Part shown: piece after piece, positions 1-9,700 of the stretch
How the letters are laid out: each line of letters begins with the position of its first letter
How positions within the stretch are numbered: position 1 is the stretch's first letter
Source of the DNA: a virus
Lineage: Duplodnaviria; Caudoviricetes
Strand: one strand, 5' to 3'
DNA: 60,277 nt
IMG/VR virus record: IMGVR_UViG_3300012231_000011
Span: 1 to 60,277 of that record
Translations under genes and position numbers: made by a program
Notes under the pieces: generated by a model
Told to the model about the DNA's origin: nothing
Database searches by the model: none
The model's input: the letters and a program-made list of their open reading frames with translations, nothing else

Positions 1-1
1 G

Positions 2-175
2 AAGTTGAAGGCCGTGAAGGCGGAGAAGACCGACGAAGCGGAAGAGGAAGACGAGGGGGAGGAGGACGAAGAGGACGACGACGACACGCCGCCTGCGCCC
101 AAGAAGGGCAAGAAGGCCGCCGCCGAGGACGATGAAGAGGACGAAGAGGAAGAGGACGACGACGAGAAGGAGTGA
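2..175 (+). CDS. 3' end of an acidic, low-complexity protein (partial)
   Basis: Frame 2 reads KLKAVKAEKTDEAEEEDEGEEDEEDDDDTPPAPKKGKK...EKE* with TGA at 173-175; runs off the left edge. Confidence 0.75.
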   Translation, partial: KLKAVKAEKTDEAEEEDEGEEDEEDDDDTPPAPKKGKKAAAEDDEEDEEEEDDDEKE

Positions 176-271
176 GCGAGGTCTCGTCGTGAACTAGCTG
201 AGTAACCATGGTGGGGCTCTCGGTGCCACGTGTGCCGAGGGCCCCACTCGCGTCTGGTGGGAGGGGGGCCC

Positions 272-778
272 ATGTCACCAGTGTCTGCTCGTTTCGAGTG
301 GTTCCTTCGCAACAGAATTGCTCGCTTCGTCATCCCCGGTCGAATCGACGAGGATGACCTGATGCAGGAGATCTACATGTCGATGCTGGAGCACCCTGTA
401 CACAGGGAAGATGCTCGCAGGCGTCGCGCCGTGAATCGCTGTCGCGCCGTCCAACGCCATCACCAGCGTGCGTCCCGACAGCAAGAACGCGAGGTCGCCC
501 TGGCCTCCGTAGCCATGGAGCTCACGACCGAGGCGCTCGATCCGGCGCTCCTGCACGAAGCGCGGGAGAGCCTGGAAGTCGTGCGCGCGCAGCTGGCTCC
601 GATCGACCGGTCGATCTGCGATCGGCTCATCGAGGAGGGCGGCCTGTCGCGCGGATTCGTGTCGGCCATGTGCGCAGCGTTTCAACTCAGCCGTGGGCGG
701 GTGGAGCGTGCGATCGGACGGATCCAAGGCCTCGCCTCCGCCCAATTCGAAGTGCCCATGCCGGCAGGAGCTGTGTGA
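272..778 (+). CDS. Sigma-70/ECF-like transcription factor (divergent)
   Basis: Region-2-like IDEDDLMQEIYMSML and C-terminal HTH-like QLSRGRVERAIGRI; G-rich SD before ATG 272; stop overlaps next start. Confidence 0.5.
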   Translation: MSPVSARFEWFLRNRIARFVIPGRIDEDDLMQEIYMSMLEHPVHREDARRRRAVNRCRAVQRHHQRASRQQEREVALASVAMELTTEALDPALLHEARESLEVVRAQLAPIDRSICDRLIEEGGLSRGFVSAMCAAFQLSRGRVERAIGRIQGLASAQFEVPMPAGAV

Positions 779-1218
779 TGCCGTCGGCCTCCGTGATGTA
801 CATCCGGGCCATGGCTGAGGGTGAGGAGGCCGAGACACGCATTCAGTTGCTGCGCACGCTCCCGATCGAGTTGTCTGTACACGCCGCGTCGAGCTGGGGG
901 GACTTGGAGCTCGCCTCTCGTATCGAAGAGGCAGACCTCGTGATCATCGCCACGTCGTGGCCTGCGATGATCTACCCATTCACTGCGTGGCTGATGGGGC
1001 GTGCCTGGACGTTGGATATCCCGACGTTGGTGCGCGTGCTCCATCACGAGGGCGAGCCTCGCCCGTCGATTGAGTTATGCACCGCAGCAGTCGTCACTGA
1101 TGACGAGCTGCTCGACGCATTGAAGACGTTGGTGCCTCATCTGCCTGAACAGGCAGTGTCGACCGACTACGCCAAGGATCTCATGAGGGTGGCACTCAAG
1201 TACCGCGCGCCCTCCTGA
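778..1218 (+). CDS. Nucleoside 2-deoxyribosyltransferase-like fold protein, probably degenerate
   Basis: RIEEADLVII...TAWLMGRAWTLDIPTLV resembles the NDT motif (AD.v..., t.wE.G.A.algkP), but the catalytic Glu position is Leu. Confidence 0.4.
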   Translation: MPSASVMYIRAMAEGEEAETRIQLLRTLPIELSVHAASSWGDLELASRIEEADLVIIATSWPAMIYPFTAWLMGRAWTLDIPTLVRVLHHEGEPRPSIELCTAAVVTDDELLDALKTLVPHLPEQAVSTDYAKDLMRVALKYRAPS

Positions 1219-1231
1219 CAGGGGGAGCGCT

Positions 1232-4183
1232 GTGGCTGATGATCCTGAGTACACGTACCTCTCGGAGGATTGCGAGAAGTGCCGCCTCTGCTTGCCGGTC
1301 CGCTCGGTCCTGATCCATCCGCGCGGCACGGACACTCCGACCGTACTGATCGTCGGTGAGGCGCCCGGGCGAGAAGAGGACAAGGTCGGCAAGCCGTTCG
1401 TCGGACCGTCCGGCAAGATGCTGGAGGAGGTCCTCGCGGAGGCCGGCATCCCGCTCTCGGAGTGCCGCATCACCAATGCGGTCCGCTGCTTCCCGATGGA
1501 CGACGACGGAGCCGGTCGCCCTCCAGAGAAGGATGAGGCTGCGGCTTGCCGTGGCTACCTGATCGAAGAGATCAAGCACGTCCGCCCGAAGATCATCGTC
1601 GGGATGGGAAAGATCGCAGCGACGGCGATCACGGGCTCGAAGACGCTCAAGCCGGTGCGTGGACTTCGAGTCGACGCGGTCATCGACGAGGCGGAGGGTT
1701 ACACGGTTCCGACTGTGTGTACCTTCCATCCTGCGTACTACCTGCGCAGCAAGAACCCGGAGATCCGCGGCGCGATCATCAATGACCTGAAGTACGCGCG
1801 TGCGATCTATGAGCCGGACTCGATCGAGCACCGCACGACCCACTACAAGCTCATCGACACGATTGCACGGCTGCGCGGGCTCGTCGACAAGCTGCTCCGC
1901 CTGTGGAAGGCGGACGAGCTCCAGCTCGGTGCGATCGGTGTCGACGTGGAGAGTGCCGGCGGCCGAGGCGAGAAGACGAAGACCGGAAAGGTGACCGGCA
2001 AGAAAGTGGTGCCGATCGGCGCCTCGATGTTCGATCCTGAGTCGCGGCTGATCTCGCTGCAGCTGGCCTGGGCGCGTGGCCGCGCCGCCCTGATCCCGAT
2101 CAATCACCTTGGGTACACGGACCACGAGTTCTCGTCTCCGGCCGGCGCAGCGGTTCTGCAGCAGGAGCTCAAGCGGCTGCTGGAGTCGGGCATCCCGCTC
2201 GCAGGCTCGAATTTCTCCTTCGACTACAAGTACATCCTGACGAAGCTCGGGATCCGGCCGCTCAACATCGTGTTCGACGCGATGCATGCGAATCACTGCT
2301 GCTACGGCGGTGCGAACCCGAGCAACCTCGACTACATGGCGACGGCCTACCTCGGCTTCCCTCCGTACAAGCGGGAGATCAAGGCGCAGATCGAGGCCGG
2401 CAAGATCGAGGCGGTCCCGATCCAGGAGCTGGTCGACTACGGCTGCGGGGACTCGGATGCGACACTGCAGCTGAAGCCCATCCTGCTCGACGAGCTCGAT
2501 CGTGTCGGGCGGCGCAGGGTCTATGACCGCCTCTACCTCCGCTCTCAGCGCGTGTCGCTGACGGAGATGGAGATCAACGGCGTACAGGTCGACCCGAAGC
2601 GCCTGCAGAAGCTCGACCCGTACTACTCCGACCGCATGCTGGATGCGCAGCTGCGTGTCCGCCAGTCACCGCAGCATGCGACCTGGAGCCGCCTGAACAA
2701 GAAGAAGAACACGCGCCTCACGCTGCGCGGCAAGCCCATCCCGAATGCGCCTGAGTACATCTACCCGGACCTCAAGTTGGGGTCTTGGCAGGACGTTCAG
2801 TCGATGATGTACGACGTGTTCGAGTTCCCGGACCGGGATGCGCGTGGCAAGGAAGATCGCAGCACAGACGCGGATCACGTCCGTGACCATGGGCTCCGCT
2901 GCTTCGAGAGCAACAACGAAGAGGCACTCGACTTCCTGCGGGACCTGCTGACCTACCGCAACGCTCAGAAGCGTCGGTCGAGTTACGTGCGCAAGCTGCT
3001 GCACGAGACACCGAATCAAGGCGCCACCTCGACGAGTCCGTTCATCGAGCCTGGGCATCCGGAGTGGGTAGCTCACCCGACCTACAACCAAGCACGCGTC
3101 GTTACTGGACGCCTGTCTGCGTCGGATCCTCCGATCCAGACGATCCCGCGGCACTCTCCGATCCGCGGCGCGTTCGTGTCCCGATACAAGAGTGGGCTGA
3201 TCTTGAAGGGCGACTTCTCCCAAATGGAGCTTCGGGTGCTGGCCTGCCTTGCCGCAGACGAGCGCCTGATCGCCGTACTTGGTGGGAAGGACGAACGCTT
3301 CAAGCAGTTCAAGGGTGACCTTCACCTGTACACAGCCTCGGTGATCTACAAGAAGAAGCCAGAGGATGTGCACGAGGATGAACGCCATCGCGCGAAGAGC
3401 GTGAGTTTCGGAATCATCTACGGACGTGGCCCTGAGGCGATCGCCTTGGAGACCGGCATGACGGTCGAGGAGGCGAAGGCGCTGATCGACCTCTACTTCG
3501 AAACCTTCCCCAAGGTCAAGGCGTGGGTCGAGGCCATGCACGAGCAGGTACACACGGAAGGTCTCATCACGGGACCGACCGGCCGCCTGTACGTGATTCC
3601 AGAGGGCAAGCTGTCGAACAGCGGGCGCCGTCTCTCATTCGAGGATGAGAAGAAGGTCGCCAAAGCAGAACGACTGTCGGTGAACTACCCCATCCAGGGA
3701 AGCGCATCCGACATCGCATTGGAGTCGCTCAATCGGATCTCGTTGGCGTTCCGCAAGCGGAGCATGAAGACGCTGCCGTTTACGTTCGTCCACGACTCGA
3801 TCGAGTGCGACACCGTGCCTGCAGAACTGTTCGATGCCTATCGCATTCTGCGGGACAAGATGCTGGGTGGCCATGGCGACTTGTTCACTTGGCTGACTGT
3901 TCCACTGAAGGTGGAGTTCGAGCTCGGCGCTGATTGGGAGAAAACCATGAAGTGCGAGTTCGATGGGAACATCTTGAAGCTCTCGGGCAACGGGAAGTTC
4001 TATCCACCAATCCGCAATCGTCTGTCTACACACTTCGCATTGGGCGAAGAGTCACTCACGAGTCATGGGATCAAGTCGGAGACCTCGACGACCGGGCCGC
4101 GCCTCTCGTTGGAAGACATCGAGGAGCGGCCGGCGTACGAGAAGGTCTCTGTGACCCTCGAACTGTTGGAGGAGAGCGAATGA
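1232..4183 (+). CDS. polA: Family A DNA polymerase with N-terminal family-4 uracil-DNA glycosylase and 3'-5' exonuclease domains (SPO1-type architecture)
   Basis: UDG: CEKC, IVGEAPGREED..GKPFVGPSG, TFHPAYYLR; exonuclease: VDVES, NFSFD, YGCGDSDAT; PolA: TGRLSASDP, DFSQMELRVLA, RHRAKSVSFGIIYG, NYPIQGSASD, VHDSI. Confidence 0.95.
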   Translation: MADDPEYTYLSEDCEKCRLCLPVRSVLIHPRGTDTPTVLIVGEAPGREEDKVGKPFVGPSGKMLEEVLAEAGIPLSECRITNAVRCFPMDDDGAGRPPEKDEAAACRGYLIEEIKHVRPKIIVGMGKIAATAITGSKTLKPVRGLRVDAVIDEAEGYTVPTVCTFHPAYYLRSKNPEIRGAIINDLKYARAIYEPDSIEHRTTHYKLIDTIARLRGLVDKLLRLWKADELQLGAIGVDVESAGGRGEKTKTGKVTGKKVVPIGASMFDPESRLISLQLAWARGRAALIPINHLGYTDHEFSSPAGAAVLQQELKRLLESGIPLAGSNFSFDYKYILTKLGIRPLNIVFDAMHANHCCYGGANPSNLDYMATAYLGFPPYKREIKAQIEAGKIEAVPIQELVDYGCGDSDATLQLKPILLDELDRVGRRRVYDRLYLRSQRVSLTEMEINGVQVDPKRLQKLDPYYSDRMLDAQLRVRQSPQHATWSRLNKKKNTRLTLRGKPIPNAPEYIYPDLKLGSWQDVQSMMYDVFEFPDRDARGKEDRSTDADHVRDHGLRCFESNNEEALDFLRDLLTYRNAQKRRSSYVRKLLHETPNQGATSTSPFIEPGHPEWVAHPTYNQARVVTGRLSASDPPIQTIPRHSPIRGAFVSRYKSGLILKGDFSQMELRVLACLAADERLIAVLGGKDERFKQFKGDLHLYTASVIYKKKPEDVHEDERHRAKSVSFGIIYGRGPEAIALETGMTVEEAKALIDLYFETFPKVKAWVEAMHEQVHTEGLITGPTGRLYVIPEGKLSNSGRRLSFEDEKKVAKAERLSVNYPIQGSASDIALESLNRISLAFRKRSMKTLPFTFVHDSIECDTVPAELFDAYRILRDKMLGGHGDLFTWLTVPLKVEFELGADWEKTMKCEFDGNILKLSGNGKFYPPIRNRLSTHFALGEESLTSHGIKSETSTTGPRLSLEDIEERPAYEKVSVTLELLEESE

Positions 4184-4752
4184 GCAAGAAGGAGAACGGG
4201 ACCGCAACTGAGGTCGAGCTGAGCCGGGACATGCAGTACGTGATGGATCAGATCACGGCGCCGGCACTCAACGAGGCCCAGGGCAATGCAGTCCCTGTCC
4301 TTCGGGAAGAGGACCGCAAGGCCTTGCGTCGTGGTGTGCTGCTGCTGAATCGTGCCCTGCCGTCGGGCGACCCGGAGAAGCCGGACTTCGCGAAGGAGAT
4401 GCACAAGACCTACACGGTCTATGCCGAGATCGCGGCGGTGCACGGTCGTCTTCGTGCAGCGGCGTCGAGCTTCGAGGAGAGCAAGAAGACGGTCAAGGCA
4501 GAGGTCGGACTCGCCGTACGCAACGAGCTCGCGTCGGCGCAGGCGGTCAATCCGACCGAGAAGGTCACCGAGAAGCGGATCGAGGAACTGACCGACGCCA
4601 ATCCACGCATCAAGTCGTTCCTGGTCGACCTCGGCAAGTACGAGACGGTCGCCGAGATTGCGTACGGACTGCGCGAGTCGCTCCGCATGCGCTTCTCCAT
4701 GTTGGAGCATCGCAGCAACGACGAGCGGGCCCAGTTCAAGGTTGGAGGCTGA
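4180..4752 (+). CDS. UvsY-like recombination mediator / coiled-coil protein
   Basis: Helical protein with KVTEKRIEELTDANP; lies between polymerase and SSB/RecA; ATGA overlap with polA. Confidence 0.5.
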   Translation: MSKKENGTATEVELSRDMQYVMDQITAPALNEAQGNAVPVLREEDRKALRRGVLLLNRALPSGDPEKPDFAKEMHKTYTVYAEIAAVHGRLRAAASSFEESKKTVKAEVGLAVRNELASAQAVNPTEKVTEKRIEELTDANPRIKSFLVDLGKYETVAEIAYGLRESLRMRFSMLEHRSNDERAQFKVGG

Positions 4753-4755
4753 TCC

Positions 4756-6072
4756 ATGGCACGCGATGAGGAAGAGGGTGCAGCCGCAAAGGTGCTGCGT
4801 CCTGGCAAGGTAGATCGCAAGTGGGTGAAGAAGCAGAACAAGGAGGCCGGCGATCGGGAGAAGGACCGCAAGAAGGGCTTCTTCTCCTACAAGAACTTCG
4901 ACGAGCCGCAGGCAACGTATCGCATCCTGCCGCCTCCGGAAGGGCAGGGCGCCGCGTTCGTTCTCGTGCGCAAGCACTTCGCGATGTACCCGAACACGGG
5001 CAAGGCGATCGTCGATGACCTCAAGGTAGTGATGTGTCTCGACCAGATCGGCACGGACGAGATGCGCTGCCCGGTCTGCAAGTACCTTGACGAGGTGATC
5101 GATCCGTCGGATCGCAAGAACATGCTGAACCGCGTCAAGGCGGATCGTCCGCAGGCGATGTTCAATGCGATCATCCGCGCCTCGAAGGAGAGCGGTCGCA
5201 AGGACGACGAGCAGTGCATCCTCCAGACCAACGACCTGTTCGCGGACTGGTACTCGCAGCAGCTCGGGCTGGCGATGGAGGATGGTGTCGACCTCACGGA
5301 CCTGGATGAGGGCCGTGACATCGTCGTCGTGCAGAAGAGCACGACGGGTCGGGACGGCAAGACGCGCAAGAAGTACGAACCGAGCATCAAGCCTGTGGCG
5401 TCGGTGGCGACGGACAATCCCTCCGAGCTCCGGCTGTCGGACCTGACGAAGTACCTGGAAGTGTCCGATGAGGATGTCGCGCGCGCCAAGCAGCTCGCGC
5501 GTGGTCTGCGCCGTCGCGCTGAAGAGCGTGAGGATGCGGCGCGTGAGGAAGAGGATGAGCGTCCGGCCAAGAGCCGTGCGGCGCCTCGGTCCACCGATGA
5601 GGACGATCCGGAGAACGAGGAGACGCCGCCGCCTGTGAAGAAGGCGAAGGCTGCGCCGGTGGATGAAGAGGAAGCGGGAGACGAGGACGACGACACGCCT
5701 CCACCTCCGAAGAAGAAGGCCACCAAGCCTGAGCCGGACGAGGATGAAGAGGCGGAGGACGACGACACTCCCCCGCCGGCTAAGAAGAAGCCGATCAAGA
5801 CGGCAGCGGACGCCATCGAGGCGGACGACGAGGAGACGGAGAAGCCACGTGGGTGGCGCCAGACCTCGTCGGGCAAGGTGCTGCCGCCCAAGCCGACGGA
5901 GGAGACGGGCAAGCCGGTCTGCTTCCACGATTGGGTGAAGCGCGGCAACGATCCGGCGGAGGATGAGTCGAGCAACGCTCAGTGCTCGATCTGTCCGCAG
6001 GAGACGACCTGCCGCTTCGAGTCTCAGAAGCGCGCCGCGAAGAAGGCGGTGAAGGCCACGGAAGAAGAGTAG
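4756..6072 (+). CDS. Single-stranded DNA-binding protein (gp32-like) with long acidic tail
   Basis: YRILPP, KHF, C..CPVC and DLTDLDEGRDIVV motifs; D/E/K/P-rich tail and a C-terminal Cys cluster; next to RecA. Confidence 0.7.
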   Translation: MARDEEEGAAAKVLRPGKVDRKWVKKQNKEAGDREKDRKKGFFSYKNFDEPQATYRILPPPEGQGAAFVLVRKHFAMYPNTGKAIVDDLKVVMCLDQIGTDEMRCPVCKYLDEVIDPSDRKNMLNRVKADRPQAMFNAIIRASKESGRKDDEQCILQTNDLFADWYSQQLGLAMEDGVDLTDLDEGRDIVVVQKSTTGRDGKTRKKYEPSIKPVASVATDNPSELRLSDLTKYLEVSDEDVARAKQLARGLRRRAEEREDAAREEEDERPAKSRAAPRSTDEDDPENEETPPPVKKAKAAPVDEEEAGDEDDDTPPPPKKKATKPEPDEDEEAEDDDTPPPAKKKPIKTAADAIEADDEETEKPRGWRQTSSGKVLPPKPTEETGKPVCFHDWVKRGNDPAEDESSNAQCSICPQETTCRFESQKRAAKKAVKATEEE

Positions 6073-6082
6073 GAGAGCTCGC

Positions 6083-7279
6083 GTGAAGAAGCAGGTGTCG
6101 CTTGTCGGTCGCCGAGTCGCAGATGCGTTGAATCGGATTGGCAAGGACTCCGTGTACACAGCACGTACGGGAGATGAGGACACCAGCAGCGTCGTGAATG
6201 GATTCGTCTCTACCGGGTGCACCGGCCTCGACTACTACCTCGGGGCCGGTGCATTCCGGGGAGGCTTCCCGCTCGGCCGCGTGGTCGAGCTGTACGGCGC
6301 CGAGTCTGCGGGCAAGAGCACGCTGGCGATTCACGCCTTGATCTCGGCCCAGCGTGGGCATGCCACCTACCTGAAGTGGAAGTACGAGAAGGGCCTGGGC
6401 CTGTCGTACTCCGTCGAGCGTGAGTCCACACCGCCCGGCGTCGCGGTGCTGTTGGACTTCGAGTGCTCGTTCGATCGTATGCGCGCGCAGCGCATGGGAC
6501 TCGACCTCGCGAACCTCAACATCGTTGACAATCTGGAGACGCTCGAAGACGGCTTCGAGGCGGTCAGCTCGGTCATCGACGTGGTGAACGGCGACAAGAA
6601 GCTCCAGGACGTTCCCGTCGTCGTCGTGTGGGACACGATTGCTGCCGCTGCGACCCGCGAAGAGTGGGAGGCAGAGTTCGGCTACGCACGCCCTGGTGGC
6701 AAGAGCGTCAAGATGTTCAACGCGATGCGCAAGCTGATCAGCCGCCTCGCGAAGTCGAAGGTGTCACTCATCTGCGTCAATCAGGTGATCGACAACATCG
6801 GCCAGCACGGATATGGACCCCAGACGAAGTCGCCGGGTGGACGCGCGCTGAAGTTCATGGCGACCTACCGGCTGTCTGCGAAATACATCGGGAAGGTGCT
6901 CGTGGGTGAACGTCCCATCGGCATCAACACGGTGGTGCAGGTCACGAAGGCGAAGCTCTGCGATCCGTTCCATGAGTTGACCGTGCCGATCCGATTCTCG
7001 ACCGGCATCGATGATGATCTGGCGACGGCCATGTTCCTGTCGGACGCGAAGCGCCACTTCCCGCGCAACGAGGGGCCGATCAGCGAAGTCAAGAAGCGGT
7101 TCAACGTCAAGCTGAAGAGCGGGAAGGTCGTGTCCGCGGCGATTGCGAAGCGCGGCGTGACGCAACTGTTCGACTCGTACAAGGGCCTTCGGGCCAGGAT
7201 GCACCGCAGCGTGCGTGATTGGTGGGCCGCGCAACAGGAGCCGATCAATGCCAGTGAAGCAGGGCAGCGTGCCCTATGA
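6083..7279 (+). CDS. recA: RecA/UvsX recombinase
   Basis: STGCTGLD..LG..GGFPLGRVVELYGAESAGKST (Walker A), VVVWDTIAA, ICVNQV, PGGRALKF. Confidence 0.95.
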   Translation: MKKQVSLVGRRVADALNRIGKDSVYTARTGDEDTSSVVNGFVSTGCTGLDYYLGAGAFRGGFPLGRVVELYGAESAGKSTLAIHALISAQRGHATYLKWKYEKGLGLSYSVERESTPPGVAVLLDFECSFDRMRAQRMGLDLANLNIVDNLETLEDGFEAVSSVIDVVNGDKKLQDVPVVVVWDTIAAAATREEWEAEFGYARPGGKSVKMFNAMRKLISRLAKSKVSLICVNQVIDNIGQHGYGPQTKSPGGRALKFMATYRLSAKYIGKVLVGERPIGINTVVQVTKAKLCDPFHELTVPIRFSTGIDDDLATAMFLSDAKRHFPRNEGPISEVKKRFNVKLKSGKVVSAAIAKRGVTQLFDSYKGLRARMHRSVRDWWAAQQEPINASEAGQRAL

Positions 7280-8438
7280 TCCGTCAAGGGTGACGCACAG
7301 CATCGCGGACCTCCTCGCGTTGAACTCCCTGTCGGTCCCGACTGAAGAGGAAGAGCTTCTTCTGTCGACGGCCACCCTTAACCTGATGCAGTCGACGGCG
7401 GACATGATGGGCATGTCTCCGCAACGTGCTGCTGCTGGCCATCGCCTCGACGAGGCGCTGCAGACGTATGGGGATACCATCGTCCTGCCGGTCGGCACCG
7501 CTCCGACCCTGCCGTCGAAGGTGCAGGATCTGATGGGCCTCGGCGCCGTGAACATCCTAGGCGCCACCGTCGAGCTCGGCTCCGACCTTCTGTCGAGTGG
7601 TGACTTCGTCCTGCCGCTCGACTCGGACCTGTTCGCGGCCATGGAGGGCACGTCGGACCTCGACTCCGAGGTGTCGGTCGCGCTCTTGGTGAAGAAGAAT
7701 CTCGCCTCTGACATCCTGATCCACGCGGACGCGACGAATCCCCAACACATCGATCTGGGTGGCAGCCTCTTCGTGCGGGCGGTCTTCGGTACCGGCTCGA
7801 CGGTGACGCTGAGTAGCACGCTAGGCGTCGCTACGCCCACAACTCTTGCGTTGGACTCGGATGTGGCCGTCGCCTCGCCGACGATGATGACGGACATCAC
7901 CTCCGACGCGCTGGTCATTGCCGGCACCAACGAAGTGTTCACCGCGGACATGGTCATCGCTGACCTCGTGGCCGTGGATCTCGACAGCGACTTTGTCGCG
8001 GTCGATACGATGTCCTCGGACTTCGACTCCGACGTACTCATCTCTGGCGAAGCTGCGCTGGGGATCTTCTCGGCCGTGTCTGTGCGCGAGGTGCATGATT
8101 CGACGAGCGGTGCACTTCCTCTCGGCTCGGGGATGTACGTCACATTCGCGTCGCCGTCGGTCGGAGCACTCGGGCTGTCGTCGGACCTGCTGGTCACGGA
8201 TCTCTTCACGTCGGACTGCGTGTCGGATGTGGTGGTCGAGCAGGACTTCCTCGATCCGCTCGATCCAACGCCGACGTTGGACTCGGACGTGCTGGTGTTC
8301 GCGACGGGCGACCTCTCGTCGGATGTCCTGGTATCGAATACCGGACCGCACAAGTCGCTCTTCACTTCGGTCGGCGTCCAGTCTTCGGAGGTGGTCGGTC
8401 TCACCTCGGACATGAAGATCATCTCGGGCGGCGCGTAA
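7248..8438 (+). CDS. Acidic repeat protein (L-D/S-S-D-V repeats), function unknown
   Basis: About a dozen LDSDV/LSSDV-like repeats spaced roughly 12-20 aa apart; AGGAG before ATG 7248. Confidence 0.6.
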   Translation: MPVKQGSVPYDPSRVTHSIADLLALNSLSVPTEEEELLLSTATLNLMQSTADMMGMSPQRAAAGHRLDEALQTYGDTIVLPVGTAPTLPSKVQDLMGLGAVNILGATVELGSDLLSSGDFVLPLDSDLFAAMEGTSDLDSEVSVALLVKKNLASDILIHADATNPQHIDLGGSLFVRAVFGTGSTVTLSSTLGVATPTTLALDSDVAVASPTMMTDITSDALVIAGTNEVFTADMVIADLVAVDLDSDFVAVDTMSSDFDSDVLISGEAALGIFSAVSVREVHDSTSGALPLGSGMYVTFASPSVGALGLSSDLLVTDLFTSDCVSDVVVEQDFLDPLDPTPTLDSDVLVFATGDLSSDVLVSNTGPHKSLFTSVGVQSSEVVGLTSDMKIISGGA

Positions 8439-8455
8439 GCGCGGAGGAGTCACTC

Positions 8456-9415
8456 GTGTGGGTCATCTTCGATGGGAACTACTTGCTCCATCGAGTCATG
8501 CATCTGCCGGCCTACCAGCAGATGCGTACCCACGACGGGCGGTTCTCTGGCGGCATCTTCGGTGTCCTGACGACGCTCGGCTCCGTGCTGTCCAACATCT
8601 CTGCTACGCGGGCAATCCTCGTATGGGATGGGCGACACTCCGAGCGTCGGAAGCAGCTCTGTCCTGAGTACAAGGAGGGCCGCAAGCCTCACGACGATCC
8701 GAACTTCGACTATCGCGCGGAGTTCCAGTACTCGCGCAGCAACCTGGGTTGGTTCCTGAAGGCGCTCGGCATCCGGAACGTGCGGTGCAAGCAGCGCGAG
8801 GCGGATGACGTGATCTACCAGATCCGCCGTTCGCTTCGTGCTGAGTCTCCGGATTCGTGGGTGTCGGTGGTCAGCGACGACCGCGACATGATTCAGCTGG
8901 TCGACGATCGCTGCTCCATCTACCGTCCCCGCGCGCAGGAGTGGGTACGTGCTGGCAGCATGCAGGAGATGACGGGGGCCCGCGATCGTGAGGAGTTCCT
9001 GTTCCTCAAGGCGATGCAGGGCGACAAGTCCGACAACATCGCAGGTGTCCCTGGCATCGGTGAGGTTCGTGCTCGTCGTCTCCTGACGGCGCTCCACCCC
9101 TCCATCGATGCGGCACGGAAGCAGTGGCAGCCTCCGCTCGACATGCGCGTCGCGGTGGAGGGAGCGTCTCTCAAGGACACGTGGGCGATGCGTGTCCGCA
9201 AGAACTGGAAGACGGTGCTGCGCAACCTGGAGCTCGTCGACATGGCGAGAGAGGTGTTCATGGTCGAGGAGCTCGCGCAGATCTCCGAGTCCATGAGTGG
9301 TAAGCGCGGATTCGAGGACGACGAACTCATCCGGACGTTGCTGCGCGACTGGTCGATGCACTCGTTGCTGCTGAACGTCGTCTCGTGGGTTCGTCCTTTC
9401 ACACGACTGAGGTGA
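8456..9415 (+). CDS. 5'-3' exonuclease / flap endonuclease (T4 RNase H-like)
   Basis: IFDGNYLLHR, WDG, R..LCPEYKEGR, EADDVI, SDDRDMIQL, GDKSDNIAGVPGIG. Confidence 0.93.
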   Translation: MWVIFDGNYLLHRVMHLPAYQQMRTHDGRFSGGIFGVLTTLGSVLSNISATRAILVWDGRHSERRKQLCPEYKEGRKPHDDPNFDYRAEFQYSRSNLGWFLKALGIRNVRCKQREADDVIYQIRRSLRAESPDSWVSVVSDDRDMIQLVDDRCSIYRPRAQEWVRAGSMQEMTGARDREEFLFLKAMQGDKSDNIAGVPGIGEVRARRLLTALHPSIDAARKQWQPPLDMRVAVEGASLKDTWAMRVRKNWKTVLRNLELVDMAREVFMVEELAQISESMSGKRGFEDDELIRTLLRDWSMHSLLLNVVSWVRPFTRLR

Positions 9416-9417
9416 CT

Positions 9418-9684
9418 ATGACTACGTCAGCACGCGATGGGTGGGTAGAGATCGACGTGCGCATCACGGGGCTGTCCGAGTCCTCGATCTTCGGAGTCAT
9501 GCGTGCGACCAGCAAGAGGGTCGAGATCCCGAAGAGCCTGGAGAAGTCTGGCAACTGGAAGTATGCGCTGCCGGGTGACACCGTGCAGCTCGTGGTCACG
9601 ATGACGCTGGCGGAGGAGCAGGGGATCACGTCCGTTGGACCGACTCGGCTCACTCCTGGTGGTGGCGGGATGATCTCTGGGTAG
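9418..9684 (+). CDS. Hypothetical protein
   Basis: Fills the gap between exonuclease and SbcD; GAGGTG SD. Confidence 0.6.
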   Translation: MTTSARDGWVEIDVRITGLSESSIFGVMRATSKRVEIPKSLEKSGNWKYALPGDTVQLVVTMTLAEEQGITSVGPTRLTPGGGGMISG

Positions 9685-9700
9685 CGGAGGAGGGAGGCAC

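Noticed and set aside
4063-6222. Long minus-strand ORFs (also 1196-2296, 24234-25970, 30664-32574, 53563-54876 and others)
   Set aside because: They are antisense shadows of motif-bearing + strand genes in GC-rich DNA, with no recognisable motifs.
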